Origin: Bacillota bacterium
GTDB lineage: Bacteria > Bacillota > Dehalobacteriia > UBA4068
Assembly (NCBI GenBank): GCA_036733985.1
Contig: DAIMZM010000003.1
Span: 1-53,659, forward strand
Length of the DNA stretch: 53,659 bases
Direction: 5' to 3'
The notes under the pieces were generated by a model, which did not search any database, was not told where the DNA came from, and was given only the letters and a program-made list of their open reading frames with translations. Positions 9,110-17,182 of this stretch are shown here, piece after piece. How positions within the stretch are numbered: the stretch's first letter is position 1; each line of letters opens with the position of its first letter. The position numbers and the translations under genes are program-made.

Positions 9110-10501
9110 ATGATGCATCAATACGCACTGAACGGCTATCATATCGTGCTGGATACCTGCTCCGGCTCCGTACATGCCGTAGACCCGCCGGCCTATGACC
9201 TGATCGCCCTCTACCCGGATAAGACCGAGGCGGAGATCATCGCGATCCTGCTGGACAAATACCAAGGCCAGGCGGATCTGGACGGGGATGAACTCCATGC
9301 CTGCTACCAGCAGGTGGCCGCCCTGGAAAAGGCGGGAAAGCTCTTCACCCCCGACCATTACCAGCCTCTGGCCGGGGAATTCAAGAACCGTTCCCAAGAG
9401 GTGAAGGCTCTCTGCCTGCATGTGGCCCATACCTGCAATCTGAACTGCGCCTACTGCTTTGCCAGCCAGGGCAAATACCAGGGGGAGCGGGCCCTGATGC
9501 CTTTTGACGTGGGCAAACAGGCCCTGGATTTCCTGATCGCCCATTCCGGCAGCCGCCGCAACCTGGAAGTGGATTTCTTCGGCGGCGAGCCCTTGATGAA
9601 CTGGCAGACGGTGAAAGACCTGGTGGCCTATGCCCGCTCCGTGGAGCAGCAAAAAGGCAAGAACTTCCGCTTCACCCTGACCACCAACGGCCTGCTCATC
9701 GACGACGAGGTCATTGATTTTGCCAACCGGGAAATGAGCAACGTGGTGCTGAGCCTGGACGGGCGTCAGGAAGTCCATGACCGGCTGCGCAAGGATTACG
9801 CGGGCCAGGGCAGCTGGCAGCGGATCGTGCCCAAATTCCAGCGGCTGGTTCAGGCCCGGGGGGACAAGGACTATTATATCCGGGGCACCTTTACCCATGC
9901 CAACCCGGATTTCCTGGAGGATATCCTGGCCATGGCCGAGCTGGGCTTCACCCAGCTGAGCATGGAGCCGGTGGTCTGCGCCCCGGAGGACCCGGCGGCC
10001 CTTACCGAAGAAGATTTGCCCATCTTGCTGGAACAATACGAATTGCTGGCCCAAGAAATGCTGCGCCGCCGCCGGGCAGGCCGGCCCCTGAACTTCTACC
10101 ACTATATGATCGACCTTTCCGGCGGCCCCTGCGTTTACAAGCGCATCTCCGGCTGCGGCTCCGGCACGGAATACTTAGCCGTCACCCCCTGGGGCGATCT
10201 TTACCCCTGCCATCAATTCGTGGGGGAGGAAGCCTTTAAGCTGGGAAATATCTGGGAAGGTGTGACCAACGCCGCCCTTCAGGAGCAGTTCCGGGGCTGC
10301 AATGCCTATGCCAGACCGGATTGCGGGGACTGCTGGGCCCGGCTCTACTGCTCCGGCGGCTGCGCCGCCAACGCCTACCATGCCGCCGGCTCGATCCTGG
10401 GCGTTCATGACTACGGCTGCCGCCTGTTCCGCAAGCGCATGGAATGCGCCATTATGCTGAAAGTGGCGGAAGAACTGGAACAGGGTCCGGCCGGCCAATA
10501 A
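9110..10501 (+). CDS. scfB: SCIFF radical SAM maturase (thioether-forming, SPASM domain)
   Basis: Radical SAM CNLNCAYC motif, C-terminal Cys-rich SPASM region (CGSG..CHQ..CGDCWARLYCSGGCAAN), and position immediately after scfA. Confidence 0.9.
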   Translation: MMHQYALNGYHIVLDTCSGSVHAVDPPAYDLIALYPDKTEAEIIAILLDKYQGQADLDGDELHACYQQVAALEKAGKLFTPDHYQPLAGEFKNRSQEVKALCLHVAHTCNLNCAYCFASQGKYQGERALMPFDVGKQALDFLIAHSGSRRNLEVDFFGGEPLMNWQTVKDLVAYARSVEQQKGKNFRFTLTTNGLLIDDEVIDFANREMSNVVLSLDGRQEVHDRLRKDYAGQGSWQRIVPKFQRLVQARGDKDYYIRGTFTHANPDFLEDILAMAELGFTQLSMEPVVCAPEDPAALTEEDLPILLEQYELLAQEMLRRRRAGRPLNFYHYMIDLSGGPCVYKRISGCGSGTEYLAVTPWGDLYPCHQFVGEEAFKLGNIWEGVTNAALQEQFRGCNAYARPDCGDCWARLYCSGGCAANAYHAAGSILGVHDYGCRLFRKRMECAIMLKVAEELEQGPAGQ

Positions 10502-10544
10502 AGGTGGGCCGCCAAAGTCCCGCCCAGCCGATAAGGAGGAAACC

Positions 10545-11918
10545 GTGAACACGCCGATTTGTGATTTTGTCAAGGGCTACAGCCAAGGGGATTTTTCCCG
10601 CCTGCATATGCCGGGCCATAAGGGCCAAGGCCCCCTGGGCTGCGAAGGCCTGGACATCACCGAGATCAGCGGAGCGGATTCCCTGTATCAGGCAAGCGGG
10701 ATCATTGCCGAAAGCGAAGCCAATACCCGGGCCCTGTTCAATTCCGGGGCCACTTTTTTCGCCACAGAGGGCTCCTCCCAATGTATCCGGGCCCTGCTTT
10801 ACCTGGCTGTGCTGGCTCAGGGCCCTGGAGACCGGCCCCCCCTGGTGCTGGCGGGCCGGAACGCCCATCAATCCCTGATCTCAGCCGCGGCCCTGCTGGA
10901 TCTGGAGCTGGCCTGGCTCTGGCCGGAAGCGGCGGATTTCACCCTTTGCGCCTGCCCGATCAGCCGGGCCGGCCTGGAGCAAGCCCTGGCCGGCCTGGAC
11001 AGGCCCCCGGCGGCGGTCTTCCTCACCAGCCCGGATTATCTGGGGGGCCTGCTGGATATCAAGGCTCTGGCCGAAGTCTGCCATAGCCGGGGCATCCCCC
11101 TGCTGGTGGACAATGCCCATGGCGCTTATCTCCATTTCCTGGAGCAGCCGGCCCATCCCCTGGATCTGGGGGCGGACGCCTGCGCGGATTCCGCCCATAA
11201 GACCCTGCCGGTGCTGACCGGCGGCGCTTATCTGCAGATCGGCAACAGCGCGCCGCCTGTTTTTGCCCAGGCAGCCCGGCGGACCCTGGCCCTCTTCGGC
11301 TCCACCAGCCCCTCTTACCTGATCCTCCAATCCCTGGATCAGGCCAATCGCTTTCTGGCTGGGGAAGGCCCGGCGCAAATCCGGCAAACCGCTGCTCAGG
11401 TGGCTGGGCTAAAAAGCCGCCTGGCCCTGGCAGGCTGGGAGATTCTCCCCGGCGAGGCCCTGAAGCTGACCCTCCGGGGCCGACCCCACGGCTATAGCGG
11501 CGGGGCGCTGGCGGAACAGCTGCGCCAGGACCGGGTGGAGGCGGAGTATTGGGATCCGGATCATCTGACCCTGATGTTCAGCACAGGCAACCAAACCTTG
11601 GATTATCAGCGGATCGGGGCGGCCCTGGGCCGATTGCCCAAAAAAGCGCCCCTGGCCCGGCCTTGGCTGGCCCTGCCCCGGCCGGAGCGCTGTCTGAGCC
11701 CCCGGGCAGCCCTGTTCAGCCCGGCGGAAACGGTGGCGGCGGAAGCCGCCGTAGGCCGGGTGCTGGTGGCGCCCAGCACCGGCTGCCCCCCGGCGGTACC
11801 GGTGGCGGTCAGCGGCGAAAGGATCGGGCCGGAAGCCGCGGCCATTTTCCGCTATTATGGCACCGAGCGCCTGGTTGTGCTGAAAGAAAACGGAGAGCGG
11901 ATTTGCGCCCGGGGATAG
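10545..11918 (+). CDS. Orn/Lys/Arg decarboxylase family (fold type I PLP) enzyme
   Basis: N-terminal HMPGHKG motif and PLP-lysine context DSAHKTLPVLTGGAY. GTG start with RBS AAGGAGG. Confidence 0.8.
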   Translation: MNTPICDFVKGYSQGDFSRLHMPGHKGQGPLGCEGLDITEISGADSLYQASGIIAESEANTRALFNSGATFFATEGSSQCIRALLYLAVLAQGPGDRPPLVLAGRNAHQSLISAAALLDLELAWLWPEAADFTLCACPISRAGLEQALAGLDRPPAAVFLTSPDYLGGLLDIKALAEVCHSRGIPLLVDNAHGAYLHFLEQPAHPLDLGADACADSAHKTLPVLTGGAYLQIGNSAPPVFAQAARRTLALFGSTSPSYLILQSLDQANRFLAGEGPAQIRQTAAQVAGLKSRLALAGWEILPGEALKLTLRGRPHGYSGGALAEQLRQDRVEAEYWDPDHLTLMFSTGNQTLDYQRIGAALGRLPKKAPLARPWLALPRPERCLSPRAALFSPAETVAAEAAVGRVLVAPSTGCPPAVPVAVSGERIGPEAAAIFRYYGTERLVVLKENGERICARG

Positions 11919-11982
11919 CCAGGCACTTTCCCGGTTTTTTGCCATAAGCTGAAAGCATAAACAAAACCCGGGAGGAACGCTT

Positions 11983-12621
11983 ATGTCCGAACACTATCCT
12001 TTCAGCAATCCGCCGCTGCCTTATGCTTACGACGCCTTGGAGCCCTATATCGACGCCCGCACCATGATGCTGCACCATGACCGGCATCTGCGGGCTTATA
12101 CGGATAATCTGAACGCGGCCCTGGCAGACCAGCCCCGGCTGCAGACCCTGACCCTGGAAGAATTGCTGGCCATTTATCCGGCCCTGCCCGAACCCCTGGC
12201 CACCCAGATCCGGAACAACGCCGGGGGCGTGTATAATCACCGGCTGTTTTTCAATGGCCTGACCCCGGCGGCCAATGCGGTGGAAAACCATAGCCATCCC
12301 CTTTATGGGGCGATTGGCCGGACTTTCGGCAATACCGGGGATATGCTGCAGTCTCTGGGGGAAGCGGCCATGTCCGTTTTCGGCTCCGGCTATGCCTGGC
12401 TGGTGCTGCTGCCCGACGGCAGCCTGGCCATTACCACCACGGCCAACCAGGATACGCCGCCCTTAGGCCAGATGCTGCCCCTGCTGAACGCGGATGTTTG
12501 GGAGCACGCCTATTATCTCAAGCATTATAACAACCGCTACGCCTACCTGGGCGACGCCATGCATGTGATCAACTGGCCGGAAGTGGAGGCCCGCTATGAC
12601 GCGGGCATGGGCCTGAGCTAA
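11983..12621 (+). CDS. sodA: Fe/Mn superoxide dismutase
   Basis: LPYAYDALEPYIDARTMMLHHDRHLRAY and DVWEHAYYLKHYNNR are metal-ligand motifs. Confidence 0.93.
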   Translation: MSEHYPFSNPPLPYAYDALEPYIDARTMMLHHDRHLRAYTDNLNAALADQPRLQTLTLEELLAIYPALPEPLATQIRNNAGGVYNHRLFFNGLTPAANAVENHSHPLYGAIGRTFGNTGDMLQSLGEAAMSVFGSGYAWLVLLPDGSLAITTTANQDTPPLGQMLPLLNADVWEHAYYLKHYNNRYAYLGDAMHVINWPEVEARYDAGMGLS

Positions 12622-12816
12622 AGCGCCGGAGCCCGCTCCAGCCGGTCTTTTTCCCGGACTGCCGCCATGGCCCCGGCCCGGGAAAGGGGGCCCGCCAGGG
12701 GACAAGCCGGGGGCGTCCGCTTCAGCCGCCCGCCCCCCGGCCGGGGAAAGGAGTGGCGGAATAGTTGGGTTTTCCAGCGGAATGATGCTATACTAAGATC
12801 AACAGAGTGGGCGGAG

Positions 12817-13488
12817 GTGAGGCAAACGGCGTATTATACCTATCTGCTGCGCTGCGGGGACAACAGCCTCTATACCGGCATCACCACGGATCTGGGCCGC
12901 CGCTTCGCCGAACACCAGGGGCAAGGGGGCAAAGGCGCCAAATATACCGCCGCCCGCCGGCCCCTGCGCTTTGAGGCAGCCTGGCAATCAACGGGCCGGG
13001 CCGCGGCCTCCCGGCTGGAACAGAGCCTGAAAGCCCTGAGAAAGCCGGACAAGGAACGGCTGATCCAGGGCCAAATCCCCGCCGGCCTGGATCTTTCGCC
13101 TTATATCAGGATTCATCTTACCGACAATGGAGGGATCGTCATGCTGTTTGTTTGCTATGCCAGATGTACCACCTGCCAAAAGGCCCGGGACTTCCTGGAC
13201 GCCAGGGGCGCGGCCTATGTCTTCCGCGATATTAAAACCGAGCCGCCCAGCGAGGCGGAGCTCCGGGCCTGGCAGCAAAAGAGCGGCCTGCCCCTGAAGC
13301 GTTTCTTCAACACCAGCGGCCTGCAATACAAGGCCCTGGGCCTCTCGAAAAAGCTGCCCAGCCTGACCGGGGACGAGCAGTTTGCCCTGCTGGCTAGCGA
13401 CGGGATGCTGGTCAAGCGCCCGATCCTGGCGGCTGAGGATTTTGTCCTGGTGGGCTTTAAACCGGCGGAGTGGGAAGAAAAACTGTAG
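12817..13488 (+). CDS. GIY-YIG nuclease-family (UPF0213-like) domain reading without a stop into an ArsC/Spx-family thioredoxin-fold domain
   Basis: From GTG 12817: MRQTAYYTYLLRCGDNSLYTGITTDLGRRFAEHQ (GIY-YIG). The frame continues into MLFVCYARCTTCQKARDFL..LVKRPIL (ArsC family). There is no in-frame stop between the two. Confidence 0.55.
   Translation: MRQTAYYTYLLRCGDNSLYTGITTDLGRRFAEHQGQGGKGAKYTAARRPLRFEAAWQSTGRAAASRLEQSLKALRKPDKERLIQGQIPAGLDLSPYIRIHLTDNGGIVMLFVCYARCTTCQKARDFLDARGAAYVFRDIKTEPPSEAELRAWQQKSGLPLKRFFNTSGLQYKALGLSKKLPSLTGDEQFALLASDGMLVKRPILAAEDFVLVGFKPAEWEEKL
13141..13488 (+). CDS. ArsC/Spx/MgsR-family protein (alternative independent start inside the fused ORF)
   Basis: GGAGGGATCGTC-ATG at 13141 is a near-ideal RBS and spacing. 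The 115-aa product is the normal size for this family and has an N-terminal CxxC (CTTC). Confidence 0.7.
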   Translation: MLFVCYARCTTCQKARDFLDARGAAYVFRDIKTEPPSEAELRAWQQKSGLPLKRFFNTSGLQYKALGLSKKLPSLTGDEQFALLASDGMLVKRPILAAEDFVLVGFKPAEWEEKL

Positions 13489-13709
13489 CCCGCCCACGCC
13501 GGACAACCGCCCCCCGCCGCCGCCTCTTGCCCCTGATCAAACCGGTTCTCCGCGGCATAGACAATAGGCATAGGCAATAAAGGGCCTGCTCCCGCACTTC
13601 TCCTGCGGGAGCTTTGCGCTGGCAAAAGCCAAAAGACCGCTGAAACAGGCGCGGCATTTTTAGCGGAGCGCCGCCATATACATGGAGCAGACCAGGAGGT
13701 GATCCCGCT

Positions 13710-13889
13710 ATGGGGCAGTCCTTGCAGTTCTGTTTCCATGATCCGAACCCGGCGGCGATAACCGCCGATTTCCTGCTGCGCCTGCTGGTACAAGCCAACC
13801 AGCCCCGGCTGGAAGCCTTGCTGCGACAGGCGGCGGCAGACCTGACGCCGGCAAGCCCCGCCCCAGGCCGGGACGGGGGCTGCCCATGA
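13710..13889 (+). CDS. 59-aa hypothetical protein, translationally coupled (ATGA) to the recombinase gene; possible recombination directionality factor
   Basis: Below the track cutoff. AGGAGG is upstream. Product MGQSLQFCFHDPNPAAITADFLLRLLVQANQPRLEALLRQAAADLTPASPAPGRDGGCP. Its stop TGA overlaps the recombinase ATG at 13886. Confidence 0.4.
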   Translation: MGQSLQFCFHDPNPAAITADFLLRLLVQANQPRLEALLRQAAADLTPASPAPGRDGGCP

Positions 13890-15413
13890 ACATCGCCGCC
13901 TATTGCCGGGTGTCCACAGATAAGTCCGACCAGCTCAACAGCTTAGAAGCCCAGAAGCGCTTCTTCAGCGACTATACCCGGAAGACCGGCCACACCCTGG
14001 TGCGGCTTTACGCGGACGAGGGGCTTTCCGGCACCCGGACGAAAAACCGCGAGCAATTCCTTTGCCTGATGCGGGACGCGGAAGGGGGCCTCTTCGACCT
14101 GGTGGTGGTGAAGGACATCTCCCGCTTTGCCCGGAACACCGTCGATTTGCTGCAAAGCATCCGCAGGCTGAAAGCCCTGGGGGTGGAAACGCTCTTCCTC
14201 ACCGCCAATATGACCAGCATGGGCAACAGCGAATTCGTGCTGACCATCTTCGGCGCCCTGGCCCAGGAGGAGTCCGCCAATACCAGCAAGCGCATCAAGT
14301 TCGGCAAAAAAATCAATGCGGAGCGGGGCCGGGTGCCGAATTTGGTCTTCGGCTATGACAAAACCCCCGGCGACTATTTCAACCTTACCGTCAACCCGCA
14401 GGAAGCGGCAGTGATCCGCCAGATGTTCCACTGGTATGTGGACGAGGGCTGCGGCGGCGCGAAGATCGCCAACCGCCTGAACCAGCAGGGGATCAAGACC
14501 AAGCGGGGCTGCAGCTGGTCCCAGAACGCGGTCTGCCGCATCCTTACCAATGAACTCTATATCGGCAGGATCATCAACGGCAAGCAGGAGGTGGCGGACT
14601 TCCTCACCGGCCAGCGGGCCGAAAAAGGGGAAGCAGACTGGCTGGTGACGGAACGCCCCGGCCTGGCCATCGTGGACGGGAAGCTCTTCGCCAAGGCCCG
14701 GCAGATAATGGCTGAGCGGGGACAAGCCTTCCAGGCGGCGAAAGAGCGGCAGAGCAATAAGCACCTGTTCTCCACCCTGATCAAGTGCCGGGAATGCGGC
14801 CGGTCCTTCCGCCGCACCGTACGCACTTACAAGCATACCTATGTGCGCTGGGTCTGCTCCGGCCATAACGGCAGAGGCGCGGAAAGCTGCGGGAACGCCG
14901 TCACCGTGGACGAAGACGCGCTGATCGCCGCCCTGAACCGCTATTTCGCCGATATGCTGCGGTCAAAGAAGAACGCCGTCAGCCAGGCGGTGAATGAGTT
15001 CAACCGGGTCTGCCAGGCGAAATGCCGGGACGCGCAGTATGAGAAGGCGCTCCGGGCTAAACTCAGCCGCCTGCAGAAAACCCGGCAGAAGTACATGGAC
15101 ATGTACGCCGACGACCTGATCAGCCGGGAAGCGCTGAACGCCAAGATCGGCGGCAGCAAGCAGGAGGCGGAGCGGCTGGAAAACGAACTGAAGCTGGCCG
15201 CCTGCCATAGCGCCAAAGGCGGGCAGCTGGAAACCCTGATCCGCAGCGCCTTCGCCACCGTTGAAAGCATCGCCGACGCGGGCCAGCTGACCAATGCCCA
15301 GCTGAAGCAGATCATCCAGCGGATCGAGGTGGACAAGGCCGGCCGGGTGGATATCTACCTGCGCCGGCTGGGTGATCCAGGCCTGGATGAAACCGTTCTC
15401 ATTCGCGACGGCC
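13710..15413 (+). mobile_element. visible right-hand end of an intervening element inserted in spoIIID (left boundary not identified in this window)
   Basis: The recombinase stop codon (15419..15421) lies inside the first recognisable spoIIID codons. A GTAC core at 15414..15417 is flanked by partly symmetric arms (CGTTC 15394-98 / GAACG 15432-36). Confidence 0.6.
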
Positions 15414-15421
15414 GTACATAA
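13886..15421 (+). CDS. large serine recombinase (SpoIVCA/TnpX-like: resolvase domain, recombinase domain, zinc ribbon, coiled coil, DUF4368-like tail)
   Basis: MNIAAYCRVSTDKSDQLNSLEAQ (catalytic Ser context), VKDISRFARN, Zn ribbon CRECGRSF..WVCSGH..CGN, and a C-terminal KQIIQRIEVDKAGRVDIYL tail like that of SpoIVCA. Confidence 0.92.
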   Translation: MNIAAYCRVSTDKSDQLNSLEAQKRFFSDYTRKTGHTLVRLYADEGLSGTRTKNREQFLCLMRDAEGGLFDLVVVKDISRFARNTVDLLQSIRRLKALGVETLFLTANMTSMGNSEFVLTIFGALAQEESANTSKRIKFGKKINAERGRVPNLVFGYDKTPGDYFNLTVNPQEAAVIRQMFHWYVDEGCGGAKIANRLNQQGIKTKRGCSWSQNAVCRILTNELYIGRIINGKQEVADFLTGQRAEKGEADWLVTERPGLAIVDGKLFAKARQIMAERGQAFQAAKERQSNKHLFSTLIKCRECGRSFRRTVRTYKHTYVRWVCSGHNGRGAESCGNAVTVDEDALIAALNRYFADMLRSKKNAVSQAVNEFNRVCQAKCRDAQYEKALRAKLSRLQKTRQKYMDMYADDLISREALNAKIGGSKQEAERLENELKLAACHSAKGGQLETLIRSAFATVESIADAGQLTNAQLKQIIQRIEVDKAGRVDIYLRRLGDPGLDETVLIRDGRT

Positions 15422-15575
15422 AGACGTGACCGAACGCCTGCCCCTCCTCAATGAGCTGGTGGCCAACAAGGTGCGGGATATCCTGGATAACAACAAGGCC
15501 GAGCGGCATTTACGGGGCGGGGAGGCAACGAAACGCAAATACTTGAACCTGCGGGAACAGGATATCGACAATTAG
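15408..15575 (+). pseudogene. spoIIID: spoIIID 3' segment (about residues 37 to end of the mother-cell regulator SpoIIID), lacking start codon and N-terminal HTH helices
   Basis: The translation ..TAVHKDVTERLPLLNELVANKVRDILDNNKAERHLRGGEATKRKYLNLREQDIDN aligns with B. subtilis SpoIIID STVHKDLTERLPEINPDLANEVKEILDYHKSIRHLRGGEATKLKY. Upstream in-frame sequence lies within the recombinase gene. Confidence 0.8.
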
Positions 15576-15577
15576 TA

Positions 15578-15609
15578 AAACAGGCAGGGGTGAAATCCCC
15601 TGCCTGTTT
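15578..15609. terminator. bidirectional intrinsic terminator between the spoIIID fragment and the convergent HD gene
   Basis: AAACAGGCAGGGG-TGAAAT-CCCCTGCCTGTTT, a 13-bp perfect stem with A/T runs on both sides. Confidence 0.8.
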
Positions 15610-15618
15610 ATCCGCTGC

Positions 15619-16194
15619 TTATGAGGATTCCTTAGGCCCCAACCCCAGGGCCTGGGTTTCCTTTTGCATGCCCGCGATGGTCAGCGCCATCACCTCCGGG
15701 AGCTCCATGCCTAAAAGGCCGCAGCCTTTCAGGATCACTTCCCGGTCGCATTTGGCGGCGAAGCGCTTGTCCTTGAATTTCTTCAGGGCGCTTTTCACCT
15801 CCAGATCCGTGATGCCGCCGGGGCGCATCAGGGCCGCCGCCATGACGATGCCGGTGAGCTCATCTACGGTATAGAGGCTTTTTTCCAGATTGCTCTTGGG
15901 CTCCACATCGCTGCAGAGGCCAAAGCCATGGGCCAGGATGGCCCGGATATCCGCTTCCTCCACCCCTTCCGGTTCCAGCAGTTCCCGCACATGCTGGCAA
16001 TGTTCCTCCGGATAAGGCTGATAATCCACATCATGCAAATAGCCGATGGCCTGCCAATAGGCCGGGTCTTCGCCAAAATGCCCGGCCATCGCCCCCATGG
16101 CGGCGCTGACCGCCAGAGCATGGAGCAGCAAATGTTCTTCCGTGCAATGCTTGCCCAGGATTTCCCCGGCCCTGGCCAGGGTTAATGAAACCAT
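15619..16194 (-). CDS. HD-domain (HDIG-type) metal-dependent phosphohydrolase
   Basis: H..HALAVS and YLHDVDY motifs. ATG 16194 is preferred (GGAGG 7 nt upstream). Confidence 0.8.
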   Translation of the reverse strand: MVSLTLARAGEILGKHCTEEHLLLHALAVSAAMGAMAGHFGEDPAYWQAIGYLHDVDYQPYPEEHCQHVRELLEPEGVEEADIRAILAHGFGLCSDVEPKSNLEKSLYTVDELTGIVMAAALMRPGGITDLEVKSALKKFKDKRFAAKCDREVILKGCGLLGMELPEVMALTIAGMQKETQALGLGPKESS

Positions 16195-16408
16195 ATCCAT
16201 TCCTCCCTATTGATCCGGTCGCTACCCTGTCCCAGGGCAAATTCCGCTAAAACAACGGATTTATGACTGTTTCTCTATTGTTTCTTCACGGCCCGCCCGG
16301 TTCCTGCCAAGAAATTCCCAGGAACCGGCTGAAAAGCTTTCGCGTCAAAGCAGTAACCCCAGCCGTTTTGCCGCATATAATGTGTCACAACAGGAACGGG
16401 AGGCGGCT

Positions 16409-17056
16409 ATGGCAAGAGGCTGGCAGCATAAACGGCGGAAAAGAAGGCGCGTCTTACTTTTGCTGGCTGCCTTTATTTTGCTGTTTGCCCTTTTTTACAG
16501 CGCCGAGCGGGCCCTTTCCCCGGCGCTGCAAACCGCGGCCATGCAGCGGGCCCATACCCTGGCCATGGCGGCCATGACCGAAGCCATCCGGGATCAGATC
16601 GCCTTAAACCCGGGGGTGGGGGATTATCAGCAATTGATGTATATCGAGCGGGATCTGGAAGGCCGCATCACCCTGATGGTCATGGATACCCAGATGTTGA
16701 ACAGGCTGATCAGCAATGTGGTTCTCGACGCGGAACAGCGCCTGGAGCTTTTGGGCAAGCAGCATCTGACCCTGCCGCTGCTGGCTTTGACCGGCAGCCC
16801 CCTCTTTGCCGGAGCCGGGCCGGATCTGCGCTTCTCCTTCCGCATGAGCAGCGCGCCCCTGCTCACCCTGGAGGATGAATTCACCGAAGCCGGGGTGAAC
16901 CAGACCCGGCACCGCATTTATGTGGAGCTTACCGCGGATCTCCGGGTGGTGGCCCCCTTCTCCCAGGCTGAGGAACGGGTCACCGCCACCGTACTGCTGG
17001 CGGAAGGCATTATCCTGGGCTATACCCCGGATACCTATGTGAACCTGGGCAAATAA
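16409..17056 (+). CDS. yunB: sporulation protein YunB
   Basis: N-terminal basic/TM segment, then a region colinear with YunB (..GSPLFAGAGPDLRFSF..TEAGVNQTRHRIYVEL..VLLAEGIILG). ATG 16409 has the RBS GGGAGG. Confidence 0.75.
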   Translation: MARGWQHKRRKRRRVLLLLAAFILLFALFYSAERALSPALQTAAMQRAHTLAMAAMTEAIRDQIALNPGVGDYQQLMYIERDLEGRITLMVMDTQMLNRLISNVVLDAEQRLELLGKQHLTLPLLALTGSPLFAGAGPDLRFSFRMSSAPLLTLEDEFTEAGVNQTRHRIYVELTADLRVVAPFSQAEERVTATVLLAEGIILGYTPDTYVNLGK

Positions 17057-17095
17057 AAATTCTCTGAATTTCTCGCCTGGGGCACCGGCGAATAT

Positions 17096-17124
17096 TTGCC
17101 AATAAACGAGACATATGATATAAT
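17096..17124 (+). promoter_or_regulatory. sigma-A type promoter for the PBP gene
   Basis: TTGCCA, 17 nt spacer, TATAAT. Confidence 0.55.
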
Positions 17125-17182
17125 GTTCGTTATGGTATGCGCTTTTTTATTTTGACAGCGCTTTAATTCCATGGAGGCTGAT

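Noticed and set aside
12667-12816. 50-codon upstream extension of the GIY-YIG ORF
   Set aside because: The product is Pro/Arg/Gly-rich. The extension overlaps the sodA terminator region and a promoter-like TTGGGT-18-TATACT. GIY-YIG proteins begin right before the YYxYxL strand.
13489-13709. Search for the missing spoIIID 5' fragment just left of the recombinase module
   Set aside because: I translated all three + frames and inspected the minus strand. No ATG-initiated ORF with the M.DYI.ER..HTH..SKS pattern is present. There is only a hairpin (CTCCCGCA..TGCGGGAG) and unrelated short frames.
15372-15407. GTG/ATG starts of the 67-aa ORF containing the spoIIID fragment
   Set aside because: These codons lie inside the recombinase coding region, have no RBS, and encode sequence (MIQAWMKPFSFA) unrelated to SpoIIID. 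The ORF is a fortuitous extension, not an intact gene.
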